Source of the DNA: Candidatus Poribacteria bacterium
Lineage (GTDB): Bacteria > Poribacteria > WGA-4E > WGA-3G
DNA: 64,000 nt
Assembly (NCBI GenBank): GCA_963663765.2
Contig: CAXXUA010000013.1
Span: 320,001-384,000 of the forward strand
Reading direction: 5' to 3'
Below, piece after piece: positions 10,747 to 20,845 of this stretch (position 1 is its first letter; each line of letters opens with the position of its first letter). The position numbers were made by a program, and so were the translations under genes. The notes under the pieces were generated by a model. It was given only the letters and a program-made list of their open reading frames with translations. It was not told the origin of the DNA and searched no databases.

Positions 10747-10762
10747 TAAAGTTAATTATTTT

Positions 10763-11044
10763 TTAATTCTTTGAAAAACCTTCACAGAAATGATACCATT
10801 TTAGTTGCAGTATCAACTTTTTTCTATTAACCTTACCTACAAGAAGTCGTTTACTATCCATTTCTAGTACAGGGATAAGATATTTATACTGAGTAAACAG
10901 TCTCAAATTTTCAGTTATGTCAATATCTTCAATCACAATAAAAGGCAGTTTCTTTTTGATTTCTTGTAACACAGATTTTGCTTCGTCACATAGTTGACAA
11001 TCAGGTTTCGTATAGAAATGCAATTTGATTGGTGCTTTGTTCAT
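10763..11044 (-). CDS. Glutaredoxin-like protein (DUF836-like)
   Basis: YTKPDCQLCDEA...DI.EN...YKYLIPVL. Confidence 0.85.
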   Translation of the reverse strand: MNKAPIKLHFYTKPDCQLCDEAKSVLQEIKKKLPFIVIEDIDITENLRLFTQYKYLIPVLEMDSKRLLVGKVNRKKLILQLKWYHFCEGFSKN

Positions 11045-11080
11045 TTATATTATACGAAAAACAGAATCAGATACTATGGA

Positions 11081-12520
11081 TTACGTTAATATATCGCGGA
11101 CAACATGTCCATGAACATCTGTGAGTCGGAAATCTCGTCCTTGGAATCGGTATGTCAGTTTTTCATGGTCAATACCTAATACATGGAGCATTGTTGCATG
11201 GAAGTCATGCACATGCACGATGTTTTCGACAGCATTGTATCCAAGTTCATCTGTATTCCCATAACTGATTCCACCTTTGATGCCGCCGCCAGCCATCCAC
11301 ATAGAGAAACCCTTTATGTGATGATCACGACCACTGCCTTGTGCCATTGGGGTACGACCGAATTCTCCACCCCAGATAACTAAGGTTTCATCTAACATCC
11401 CACGTTGTTTCAAGTCGTTCACAAGTGCTGCCGTTGCCTTATCAACATAACCTGAAGTAGTCTTGATAGCGTTCTCAATGCCACCGTGATGGTCCCAACC
11501 GCGATGGTAGAGTTGAATAAATCTGACACCGCGTTCAGCCAACCGTCTTGCCAGTAGACAGTTAGATGCATAGGAACCATCACCCGGTTTGGCACCGTAC
11601 ATATCAAGAATGTTTTGCGGTTCTTTGGAAATATCGGTCAATTCAGGGACACTGGTTTGCATTCGGAATGCCATCTCATATTGATTGATGCGTGTAGAGA
11701 TTGTAGGGTCGTCTACAGTTTCATCTAAGATGCCATTTAAGGACTGTACCGCTCCAACCACGTCCTGTTGCTGTTCCTGACTAACACCGTCAGGACTTGA
11801 GACATAATGTACAGGATCACCTTTAGAATGGAATTGGACACCCTGAAATTGTCCCGGTAGAAATCCGCTATGCCATTGGCGTGTAGCGATCGGTTGGTCC
11901 TGTCCACCTCCAGAGGATATAAGGACGACATAACCGGGCAGGTTCTCGTTTTCGCTACCGAGTCCATATAACAGCCATGACCCCATACTCGGTCTACCCG
12001 AAATAGCAGTACCTGTATTCATAAACGTATGTGCGGGGTCGTGATTTATCTGTTCAGTTTTCAAAGATCGTACAATGCAGATGTCATCAGCGAGACTACC
12101 TATATTTGGAAACGTAGAACTCATTTCCTGTCCTGATTCACCATATTTTTCAAATGGATGTGTTGGACCAAGACATTTGAGTGCGTTTGCTTGCCCCTGC
12201 AGCTGCGCTATCGGCTGTCCTTTCGTGTATGACTGTGGCATCGGTTTGCCGTGCATTTCTGCAAGTTTCGGTTTGTAGTCCAATGTCTCTAAATGTGAGG
12301 GACCACCTGCCATACAGAGATGTATCACACGTTTTGCCTTCGGTAACACGTGTGGTTCGGTGATTATACCAGACCATCTTTCTATCTTCGGTGCAGCATT
12401 CAGCAACGACGGTGTGAGTAATGATGCAAGTGCAAGTGATCCAATACCTTGCGCTGATTTTCCTAAGAATGTTCGCCTTGTCAAGCGAAGTTTGGTTTCT
12501 TCATTTATATCTTTAGACAT
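11081..12520 (-). CDS. DUF1501 family (sulfatase-like) Tat-exported protein
   Basis: TRRTFL Tat motif; MAGGPSHLETLDYKP, LARRLAERGVRFIQ, WGGEFGRTP. Confidence 0.9.
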   Translation of the reverse strand: MSKDINEETKLRLTRRTFLGKSAQGIGSLALASLLTPSLLNAAPKIERWSGIITEPHVLPKAKRVIHLCMAGGPSHLETLDYKPKLAEMHGKPMPQSYTKGQPIAQLQGQANALKCLGPTHPFEKYGESGQEMSSTFPNIGSLADDICIVRSLKTEQINHDPAHTFMNTGTAISGRPSMGSWLLYGLGSENENLPGYVVLISSGGGQDQPIATRQWHSGFLPGQFQGVQFHSKGDPVHYVSSPDGVSQEQQQDVVGAVQSLNGILDETVDDPTISTRINQYEMAFRMQTSVPELTDISKEPQNILDMYGAKPGDGSYASNCLLARRLAERGVRFIQLYHRGWDHHGGIENAIKTTSGYVDKATAALVNDLKQRGMLDETLVIWGGEFGRTPMAQGSGRDHHIKGFSMWMAGGGIKGGISYGNTDELGYNAVENIVHVHDFHATMLHVLGIDHEKLTYRFQGRDFRLTDVHGHVVRDILT

Positions 12521-12579
12521 TCTTGATCCCGCCTTTTTTCTTAAAATTACAGAATTGTAGTGTATTTTGAACTATGTTC

Positions 12580-12958
12580 CTAACTTGTAAATCCCTTAAT
12601 AACAAAGAGTACTGCATAGTAAATTGGCCATTGAATAATAAAATATATTAACCACACAAATCCTAAAAATACTGTAGCAAAACCAAAAAAAAACCTTTTT
12701 TGGATTCTTAAAATATTTCTGTTCATCATCATCATCATCTTTGTCAACAAGTTTTCCCTTTATAGCAAGTAATGCGAAAATACTACCTATTACGACAGCA
12801 CCAACGATTGAGATAATAACAGCAATTCTGAATAACCCTTTTTTCCAATTTATCGTGTTACTTTCTGCAGCAGAATCATCAAAAAATTCAAAATAGACTC
12901 CACTTCCAATTCCGAATAGGATACATAAAATCATTATAATCAGTATCAGAGATTTCAT
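12580..12958 (-). CDS. Small membrane protein, probably frameshifted at a T9 tract
   Basis: Two TM helices and a poly-Asp run; removing one T at 12685-12693 gives a further TM helix ending at TAG 12580-12582. Confidence 0.55.
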
Positions 12959-12973
12959 TTTATGAATACCTTT

Positions 12974-15900
12974 TTAATATCTTGTAATAGTTTCATGCAA
13001 GTTCAGTATCACACGTGCAATGGAAATCCATGCTGCGTGTTCTGTTGGTTCAATTCCGTTTGAAACATGGGCTTGACCGACAGACACCAAACGTTTTGCT
13101 GCTTCCGGATTGTTGGTGTATTCAGTCTTATGCTTTTGAAACAGATCAGACATAACTTGTAACTCTTTTTCTTGTGGCAATCGTGATAAAGCTTGACGGT
13201 AAGCCCAACTGATACGATCTTCAGCAGTTTTTCCACCTTCCTTAACAATACGTGAAGCAAAGACACGTGCGGCTTCAACATAAGTTGGGTCGTTGAGCAG
13301 TGTTAGTGCTTGCATCGGTGTGTTAGAAGTTGACCTTTCTGCGGTACATTCCTGCCGACTTGGTGCATCAAACGCCATCATACTTGGATGCAAAAAGGTA
13401 CGTTGCCAGTGCGTGTACAGCCCACGTCGATATTGACTTTCACCAGTGTCGTGCACATATTTGCGTTTAGGAAAATTCAAGTTTGAATAGTATCCAACAG
13501 GCTGATACGGTCTCACACTCGGTCCTCCGATATTCTGAACGAGAAGACTACTCAATAGCAAAGCGTTATCACGCACAATTTCTGCATCTAATCTCCAACG
13601 AGATTGTCGCGCTATTTGTCTATTGTATGGGTCTTTTTCATGTAATACTTCATTCGGTTTTGACGATTGCCGGTATGCGTTGGAGGATACAATTAGTTTG
13701 ACCATGTGTTTGACATTCCAACCACTATCCATAAACTCTACAGCAAGCCAATCAAGTAATTCACTATGTACAGGAGGTTCACCTTGTGCACCTAAATCAT
13801 CTAAGACACGTGAAATACCGGTACCAAAATACAGTGCCCACAAGCGATTTACAAGAGTTCGCGCTGTCAGTGGGTTATTCCTTGATACTACCCATCTTGC
13901 TAAGTCTAATCGGGTCGGTCGCCGGTCATTGACCCCAAGATTACCAAGAAACTCTGGAATCATCGGATCAACGATTTCCCCTGAATCGTCCAACCAGTTA
14001 CCTCTTGGTAGTATTCGGGTAGTACGAGGTGATACGGATACTGACGTGAGCGAATACGGACTTTTTGATATTATTTCATTTTTACGTTTTTCCAGTTCCG
14101 AAATTTGATGACGGATTCCATCAAGCGCAGGTGCGATCTGTCGATAATAATCGGTTATCTGTTTACGATGATTTGTCGTTCTTATTGCCGGATCAACTTG
14201 AATTGCATTGATGACAGAAGCGTTATGTGAGTTCTTTGTTACCATACCGAGTGTCGTTTCCACACCTGCGACATCCCAATATGCTTTTCCACCAAATTGT
14301 GTAAATGCCATACCGTTTAGCACACTACCCGTTTTCAATCCTACCAGTGTAGGATCTACTTCAAGTCGGACCCATTCCCCTAATATTGGCAGCTCACCCA
14401 TCGGTTTGTGTGCAGGAGTATCATTACCAATCTCACCATAAGTGATTTTATCTTCACCCCAGAATGCACGGTGCTCCCAACTACCATCGTTCCACTGCAG
14501 CATAATTGTCTGTGGTGGATTATCTGGATCTAACCACACATAAGCAAAGAGTTTATCACCATCAGCCAAAGTAATTTTTCTATTTGCACCGTGGAATGTA
14601 TGCTGTATAAGTTGATTTGGGGCAGCAGTCTGAACACGTGAACGTTCATTGCTAAAAACAGGTCCCTCATTTTTGCCAATAAATCTCCATGTACCTTCCG
14701 TTTTACCTCCGTTGGATTGTGCATCGTCAACCCATGCAAATTCAGCAGGTTCTGTTGAATTGATGAGGGAACGTATCTCCTCTTCCCACTTCTTCTGTTC
14801 TGCTTGCAAACCGGGGGATGACAATTCAAACACTCTGCGTAATTTCTCTAACTCATCCTCAATTTCTCTCATCTCAGTCTGATGTTCGGATGATGGCAAC
14901 ATAACCACAGGATCCCATTTGCTTCCGCCTCTGTATACCCCGGGTCCTTGTAAATCGGCGAAGAATGCAGCGAAACTATAAAAGTCCTTAGCAGTATATG
15001 GATCAAATTTATGATCGTGACATTGTGCACAACCCAGTGTAGCACCTAACCACACGGAGGCTGTAGTACGTACGCGATCCGCTGCGTAAATTGACAGATA
15101 TTCTTTCGCTTGTGCACCACCTTCAGCAGTCGTCTGATTAAGTCGGTTATATCCTGATGCCACTTTTTGCTCTAACGATGCGTTGGGGAGTAGATCACCT
15201 GCAAGGTTTTCCAACGTAAACTGATCATAAGGCATGTTGTCATTAAACGCTTTAATCACATAGTCCCTATAGGGATAAACACTCACATTCTCATCTGAAT
15301 GGTAACCGCTTGTATCAGCATATCGCACCAAATCCAGCCAATAAATTGCAAGTCTTTCACCAAACTGTGGTTTTGACAGGAGACGATTGAGCAGTTCATC
15401 ATAAGCATCAGGACGTTTGTCACTGACAAAATAGTCCACTTCAGCGGGAGTTGGAAGTAAACCCGTCAAATCAAAGTGTAGTCGTCGAATCAGTGTGCGT
15501 TTATCGGCTACAGATGATGGCTCAAGTCCTTCCTTCTCTAACCTTGCAAGGATGAACTGATCTATTGGATTATGAATCCATTCCTTTTTTTTCACTTCCG
15601 GCGGAGCAACGCGTTTCGGTTGCTTGTATGCCCAATGTTCCTCCCATTCAGCACCTTCAGCAATCCATTGAGTCAATAGGTCAATTTCTGCTTGCGTAGG
15701 TTGGCGATGTGAGGTTTGCGGTGGCATACGTCTATCAATGTCTTCGTGTGTGATGCGTAGCACTAATTCACTGTTTTCAGGTTCCCTGGGAACAATTATC
15801 GGAAATCCACTCGGATCTGAGAACGCACTCTCTTTGATATCAAACCGAAGTTCTGCTTGACGCGTTGCAGGATCCGGTCCGTGACACGCATAGCATTTGT

Positions 15901-16060
15901 CAGACAGAATTGGACGAATGTCGCGGTCAAATTGGATCTTCTCTGCATCTGCTTTATGTGCCAGGGTAGACAACAACACAATTGAAAATAACAGACACAG
16001 AATTGCGTTATGAAAGGGTAACAACAATGATAACTTTCTTTTTATGTTTATCCTAAACAT
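12974..16060 (-). CDS. Planctomycete cytochrome c / DUF1549 / DUF1553 protein
   Basis: CYACHG and CAQCHDHKFDP heme motifs, WLDLVRYADT, NPLTART.VNR.W, PMQALTLLND. Likely ATG at 16060 after GGAGGAG (ORF-track start 16180). Confidence 0.92.
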   Translation of the reverse strand: MFRINIKRKLSLLLPFHNAILCLLFSIVLLSTLAHKADAEKIQFDRDIRPILSDKCYACHGPDPATRQAELRFDIKESAFSDPSGFPIIVPREPENSELVLRITHEDIDRRMPPQTSHRQPTQAEIDLLTQWIAEGAEWEEHWAYKQPKRVAPPEVKKKEWIHNPIDQFILARLEKEGLEPSSVADKRTLIRRLHFDLTGLLPTPAEVDYFVSDKRPDAYDELLNRLLSKPQFGERLAIYWLDLVRYADTSGYHSDENVSVYPYRDYVIKAFNDNMPYDQFTLENLAGDLLPNASLEQKVASGYNRLNQTTAEGGAQAKEYLSIYAADRVRTTASVWLGATLGCAQCHDHKFDPYTAKDFYSFAAFFADLQGPGVYRGGSKWDPVVMLPSSEHQTEMREIEDELEKLRRVFELSSPGLQAEQKKWEEEIRSLINSTEPAEFAWVDDAQSNGGKTEGTWRFIGKNEGPVFSNERSRVQTAAPNQLIQHTFHGANRKITLADGDKLFAYVWLDPDNPPQTIMLQWNDGSWEHRAFWGEDKITYGEIGNDTPAHKPMGELPILGEWVRLEVDPTLVGLKTGSVLNGMAFTQFGGKAYWDVAGVETTLGMVTKNSHNASVINAIQVDPAIRTTNHRKQITDYYRQIAPALDGIRHQISELEKRKNEIISKSPYSLTSVSVSPRTTRILPRGNWLDDSGEIVDPMIPEFLGNLGVNDRRPTRLDLARWVVSRNNPLTARTLVNRLWALYFGTGISRVLDDLGAQGEPPVHSELLDWLAVEFMDSGWNVKHMVKLIVSSNAYRQSSKPNEVLHEKDPYNRQIARQSRWRLDAEIVRDNALLLSSLLVQNIGGPSVRPYQPVGYYSNLNFPKRKYVHDTGESQYRRGLYTHWQRTFLHPSMMAFDAPSRQECTAERSTSNTPMQALTLLNDPTYVEAARVFASRIVKEGGKTAEDRISWAYRQALSRLPQEKELQVMSDLFQKHKTEYTNNPEAAKRLVSVGQAHVSNGIEPTEHAAWISIARVILNLHETITRY

Positions 16061-16669
16061 TGTGGAATATCTCCTCCCCACTTGAAATGCATTATTGTGT
16101 GAAATTTCTACAAGGTATTGTATGTCAAGTAATTTAGCATAATAATTAAAAATGTGCAAACCAAAACTTGAAAAATCCAAAGTAATCAGAGACGTTATAT
16201 TGTTGAAATGTACTCTTATTGTAGGAGTTTTTCATCCCCGACTTTCTCTATTTCTATAGGTGGGAAATTATTTTAGTTGTTTTTTTGGGGTTTTTACCTT
16301 TTTTTCAAAAGTATTCTCGATCCTTTCGTGGTATGGGTTTATGTCGATTTTCAATTTTTACGAAATTTTGAAAAAAACAACTAAATGGCTTTTTAGTTGA
16401 TTTTTTGTGTTATTGATTTGTACATATCAGAGATTATAACGTTTTCTAATTGTGCTACAAAATGTCCAATTAATTATATGTTTTTTATAAAACCCAATGG
16501 AGATCTATTGGAAATTCCAATAAACAGACACCCAAAAAACTACAAAACCCACAAAAAATCATATATAATATATACAAAAGAAAAGCACACTACAAATACA
16601 CTATGCAAAATCAACTCCCAAACACGAAAAAACACAAATTAAAAATCCGTACCAAAATCTGAAAATTAA

Positions 16670-16790
16670 CAGGACTTACGCAGTTTTCATGATTTGATGA
16701 AGAATTATGACAAAAATGGTGTAATTTTCAGCATTTTTTCGGTTTCCAGCGCGCTTACAAAGCACGCCTACCGTTTTTGCGTAAGTCCTG
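16670..16790. mobile_element. 121-bp MITE carrying a REP
   Basis: TIR CAGGACTTACGCA / TGCGTAAGTCCTG; ATTAA direct repeat on both sides; second copy at 50457. Confidence 0.8.
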
Positions 16791-17036
16791 ATTAATTTAG
16801 ACAAAAAGTGTATCGAAACCCCGAGAAAGCCTTATATATACTGGACGCATTACATGTTTCCAAAACCGTACCACAAACCGAATAAACCGTACCGTACGGT
16901 ACGGTTTAATAGAAGCAAATTCTTATGAAATCTTAAGAAATACACATTGAATTTGCATTGATTCCTCACATAAAAAAGAGTAATACAACAGACAACCTCA
17001 CCAGATAAGGGTGTGCTCAGTTTTTTGCATGGCGTT

Positions 17037-17192
17037 ATACCAATTCAGATAAATCTTGTCTCATTAAGGAATTCTACTGTTTACTGGCAGAGGGTTACTC
17101 TCTTCGGTAGGAGCGACCTCCCGGTCACGACCGGGAGGTCGCTCCTACTAGATTTCCGCTGCTAATGAGACATTATCACATGAAAATGGTAT
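17037..17192. mobile_element. MITE-like element carrying a GTAG REP doublet
   Basis: Imperfect ends ATACCAATTC..TGTCTCATTA / TAATGAGACA..AATGGTAT around the palindrome GTAGGAGCGACCTCCCGGTCACGACCGGGAGGTCGCTCCTAC (17107-17148). Confidence 0.6.
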
Positions 17193-17424
17193 TATTTGAA
17201 TTGTTGGGTTAATCAGAATCACGGAATACGCAGATGACACGGATTACACAGAAAAACCACCTGAGGTAGTATTGCTTAGTTAGAGCTGAACTCATGTCAT
17301 GCCTGCTAATGCAGCTGTCTTATACGCGAAATCCGTGAAATCCGCAATTCTGGTCTCGAAAAACTTTACACACCAATATAAAAATGCTATAATGCGTAAG
17401 ATAAAAATTCCATAGGAGATAAAT

Positions 17425-18237
17425 ATGCTTACCCAAACCCAAGTTGACACGTTTCGTGAGAAGGGTTTTCTTCTCGGCAACCGTGTTCTAACGGATGAAC
17501 AGGTAGAAGAATTAAGGACTGAATTAGCACGCGTCATTGATGATTACGAGAAAACCGATGTACAGCAACCCGTCCGAATAGCAAACCTCGGTGGACGAGA
17601 AGAAAGTCCTGTCTGGCAAATCGTAAATATTTGGGAGGCAAGTTCCGCCTACCACAGACTTATTTACAATCCCATCATCGTTGAAGAAATTGGACAACTC
17701 ACAGCAGCAACCGAGGTGCGTGTGTGGCACGACCAAATACAATACAAACCTCCCAAGATTGGCGGCATCAATAAGTGGCATCAAGATTCACCATTGTGGG
17801 GAATTCTTATGCCGAAAACAAGTCAAGTTACCGCTTGGGTTGCATTAGACGATGTTGACGAAAGCAATGGTTGTATGCGGATGGTACCCGGCTCCTATCA
17901 TTGGGGACCTCAGATGAAATTTTTAGGTTCAGTGAGAGACATCCATACGATGCATGATCACTTTGAAGAAAACAAACTCTCCGTAGAACTTTGTCCAGTG
18001 CCAAAAGGGCATGTGCATTTTCATCATTCTTTGACATGGCACGGTTCACACGACAATTCCAGTGACGCCGCTCGACGTGCTATCGCAGTGCACTATATGA
18101 CCGATGAAACCGTCTATTTTGAAAGTGGAAATCATCTCATGAAACAATTTGTTAATGTCAATGATGGAGAAAAATTAACAGGGGAACATTTCCCAATTGT
18201 CATGGATTCTGGAGTACCGACAAACCCAACTGCTTAG
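17425..18237 (+). CDS. PhyH-family Fe(II)/2-oxoglutarate dioxygenase (copy 1)
   Basis: WHQD, TAWVALDD, NGCM..VPGSY, HHSLTWHGS..N....RRA. Confidence 0.92.
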   Translation: MLTQTQVDTFREKGFLLGNRVLTDEQVEELRTELARVIDDYEKTDVQQPVRIANLGGREESPVWQIVNIWEASSAYHRLIYNPIIVEEIGQLTAATEVRVWHDQIQYKPPKIGGINKWHQDSPLWGILMPKTSQVTAWVALDDVDESNGCMRMVPGSYHWGPQMKFLGSVRDIHTMHDHFEENKLSVELCPVPKGHVHFHHSLTWHGSHDNSSDAARRAIAVHYMTDETVYFESGNHLMKQFVNVNDGEKLTGEHFPIVMDSGVPTNPTA

Positions 18238-18307
18238 TCCATAAGCATCAATATGCTGGAATATATAGTTACTAATCCTGCGAGAACATAAGCATTAGGA
18301 GACAAAT

Positions 18308-19114
18308 ATGCTAAACCAAGTCCAAATCAACGCATTTCAAGAAAAGGGATTCCTTCTTGGAAGTTGTGTTTTGATCGATGAACAGGTTGATGAACTACGT
18401 TCAGAATTGGCACGTGTCATTGATGACTACGAAAAGGACGATATTCCGCAACCGGTACATATCGCCAACCTTGGAGGTCGAGCAGAAACACCTGTCTGGC
18501 AAATTGTGAATATCTGGGAGGCAAGTTCCGCCTATCGCAAACTGGTTCATAACCCTATCATCGTTGAAGAAATTGGACAACTCACAGCAGCAACCGAGGT
18601 GCGGGTGTGGCACGACCAAATACAATACAAACCACCAGAAATAGGTGGTGTGAATATGTGGCATCAAGATTCACCATACTGGCCAATTCTTACACCGAAA
18701 ACCAGCCAAGTAACCGCTTGGGTCGCATTGGATGATGTTGACGAAAGCAATGGATGTATGCGGATGGTACCTGGGTCATACCACTGGGGTAATCAGATTG
18801 CTTTTCTACATTCTGTCAAGGACATCCATTCTATGCCAGCTCGCTTTGAAGAAAATGAATTAGATGTTGAATTATGTCCTGTGCCAAAAGGTTATGTGCA
18901 TTTTCATCATTCCTTGACATGGCACGGTTCCCATGCCAACAGCAGTGGTCAACCGCGCCGCGCCATAGCGGTGCATTATATGACAAGTGATACCCTTTAC
19001 GATGCAAATGGAAACCATGTTATGAAACGGTTTGTTACAGTCAATGACGGTGACAAATTAGCTGGTGATAGTTTTCCGCTTGTGATGGACGCGGGAAGTC
19101 CTACCATCCCATAG
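18308..19114 (+). CDS. PhyH-family Fe(II)/2-oxoglutarate dioxygenase (copy 2)
   Basis: Same motifs; close tandem paralog of 17425-18237. Confidence 0.92.
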   Translation: MLNQVQINAFQEKGFLLGSCVLIDEQVDELRSELARVIDDYEKDDIPQPVHIANLGGRAETPVWQIVNIWEASSAYRKLVHNPIIVEEIGQLTAATEVRVWHDQIQYKPPEIGGVNMWHQDSPYWPILTPKTSQVTAWVALDDVDESNGCMRMVPGSYHWGNQIAFLHSVKDIHSMPARFEENELDVELCPVPKGYVHFHHSLTWHGSHANSSGQPRRAIAVHYMTSDTLYDANGNHVMKRFVTVNDGDKLAGDSFPLVMDAGSPTIP

Positions 19115-19123
19115 GAGATATTT

Positions 19124-20758
19124 ATGAAAGTTGTTGATGCAGTCGCCAAAGTCCTAAAGACAGAGGGAGTGGAATACCTGTTTGCGTATCCAGTCAACCC
19201 GATTATTGAAGCAGCTGCAAAAGTAGACATCCGCACCGTCATTGTACGTCAAGAACGAATTGGGCTGCACATGGCAGACGGGATGAGTAGGATGACCTCC
19301 GGACAACAAATTGGCGTGTTCTGCATGCAAAGCGGACCGGGTTCAGAAAACGCATTCGGAGGTGTTGCACAAGCTTATGGGGATTCAGCACCCATACTCG
19401 TTTTACCGATGGGATATGCGCGACCATTGACCCAAATCCAACCGAACTTCAATTCGGCACTTAACTATCGGCATGTGACAAAGTCCTGCGAACAACTCAC
19501 GGTACCAGAAGCACTGCCAGAAGTGATGCGACGTGCCTTCACACAAGTCCGAAATGGCAGACCCAGACCCGCACTCGTCGAAATCCCTACTGATTTAATG
19601 TCACAAGAAGTTCCTGAACCCTTTGAACCGACACCCGTTCCACAAGTTCGATACGCTCCAAGCAGTGCAGAAATTGAATCGGTCGCAGATGCGTTAATCA
19701 ATGCTGAATGTCCTGTCATATACGCTGGACAAGGTGTCCACTACGCACAAGCATGGAATGCTTTGCAGGACCTCTCTGAACTCCTCGCAGCACCTGTCAC
19801 GACGAGTTTAGGGGGCAAAAGTGCTTTTCCAGAAAACCATCCGTTATCACTCGGATCAGGGGGTCGGTCCATTCCAAAACCGGTGCATCATTTCCTTCAA
19901 AAGACAGATCTGCTTTTTGGGATAGGATGTAGTTTCAGTAGGACACATTTTGGGATTACGATTCCTAAAGGTAAACGCGTCATCCATGCTACGTTAGACC
20001 CCGCGGACATCAACAAAGATGTTCCTGTGGATGCTGCCCTCGTCGGTGATGCGCAGTTAATTTTGGAAGGATTGGTGGAAGCCGTAAGAGACCGTATAGA
20101 TGACAAATTTGAAACAAAAAAGACTGCTGTTGTTGAAGAGATCCGCACAGTAAAAGCAGAATGGTTGGAACAGTGGAAACCAAAACTTACATCTGAGGAA
20201 GTGCCGTTAACTCCCTATCGCGTTATCTGGGATCTCCTCCATACCGTTGATGTTAAAAACACGATTATCACGCACGACGCAGGGAGTCCGCGCGACCAAC
20301 TTTCCCCATTTTGGCAATGTGAAAACCCGCTTACATACATCGGTTGGGGGAAAACGACTCAACTCGGATACGGACTCGGTCTGGCGATGGGAGCGAAACT
20401 TGCAAAACCGGACGCTCTCTGCATAAACGTCTGGGGTGACGCTGCTATCGGATTTACGGGTATGGACTTTGAAACCGCTGTACGAGAAAGAATACCGATA
20501 CTCTCTGTGCTTTTCAACAACTTCTCTATGGCAATTGAGATTCCAATTATGCCTGTTTCAACTGAAAAATACCGCAGTACAGATATCTCAGGTAACTACG
20601 CAGATATGGCTAAAGCATTCGGTGGTTATGGCGAACGCGTTGAAACTCCAGAACAGATTATACCTGCGATCAAGCGCGGTATCCAAAAAACAAATGAAGG
20701 AACGCCTGCACTATTGGAATTCATCACCGCAAAGGAAATCCAAATTTCAAAATTCTAA
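19124..20758 (+). CDS. Thiamine pyrophosphate-requiring enzyme (acetolactate synthase-like)
   Basis: RQER..HMADG, GPGSEN, GDAA..G...N TPP-binding motif. Confidence 0.88.
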   Translation: MKVVDAVAKVLKTEGVEYLFAYPVNPIIEAAAKVDIRTVIVRQERIGLHMADGMSRMTSGQQIGVFCMQSGPGSENAFGGVAQAYGDSAPILVLPMGYARPLTQIQPNFNSALNYRHVTKSCEQLTVPEALPEVMRRAFTQVRNGRPRPALVEIPTDLMSQEVPEPFEPTPVPQVRYAPSSAEIESVADALINAECPVIYAGQGVHYAQAWNALQDLSELLAAPVTTSLGGKSAFPENHPLSLGSGGRSIPKPVHHFLQKTDLLFGIGCSFSRTHFGITIPKGKRVIHATLDPADINKDVPVDAALVGDAQLILEGLVEAVRDRIDDKFETKKTAVVEEIRTVKAEWLEQWKPKLTSEEVPLTPYRVIWDLLHTVDVKNTIITHDAGSPRDQLSPFWQCENPLTYIGWGKTTQLGYGLGLAMGAKLAKPDALCINVWGDAAIGFTGMDFETAVRERIPILSVLFNNFSMAIEIPIMPVSTEKYRSTDISGNYADMAKAFGGYGERVETPEQIIPAIKRGIQKTNEGTPALLEFITAKEIQISKF

Positions 20759-20845
20759 CGCTGTGCATTATTTACAGAGTTGTTTGACTGTCTGTAGAAA
20801 ACAGATTAGGTCAACTAGCACAAAAATACTATAAAGGAGTTTGAA

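Noticed and set aside
16397-16642. 81-aa ORF
   Set aside because: Low-complexity A-rich intergenic sequence with no SD and no recognisable motif.
17425-19114. Diversity-generating retroelement TR/VR pair
   Set aside because: Both copies are full genes, the differences are not adenine-specific, and there is no reverse transcriptase in the window.
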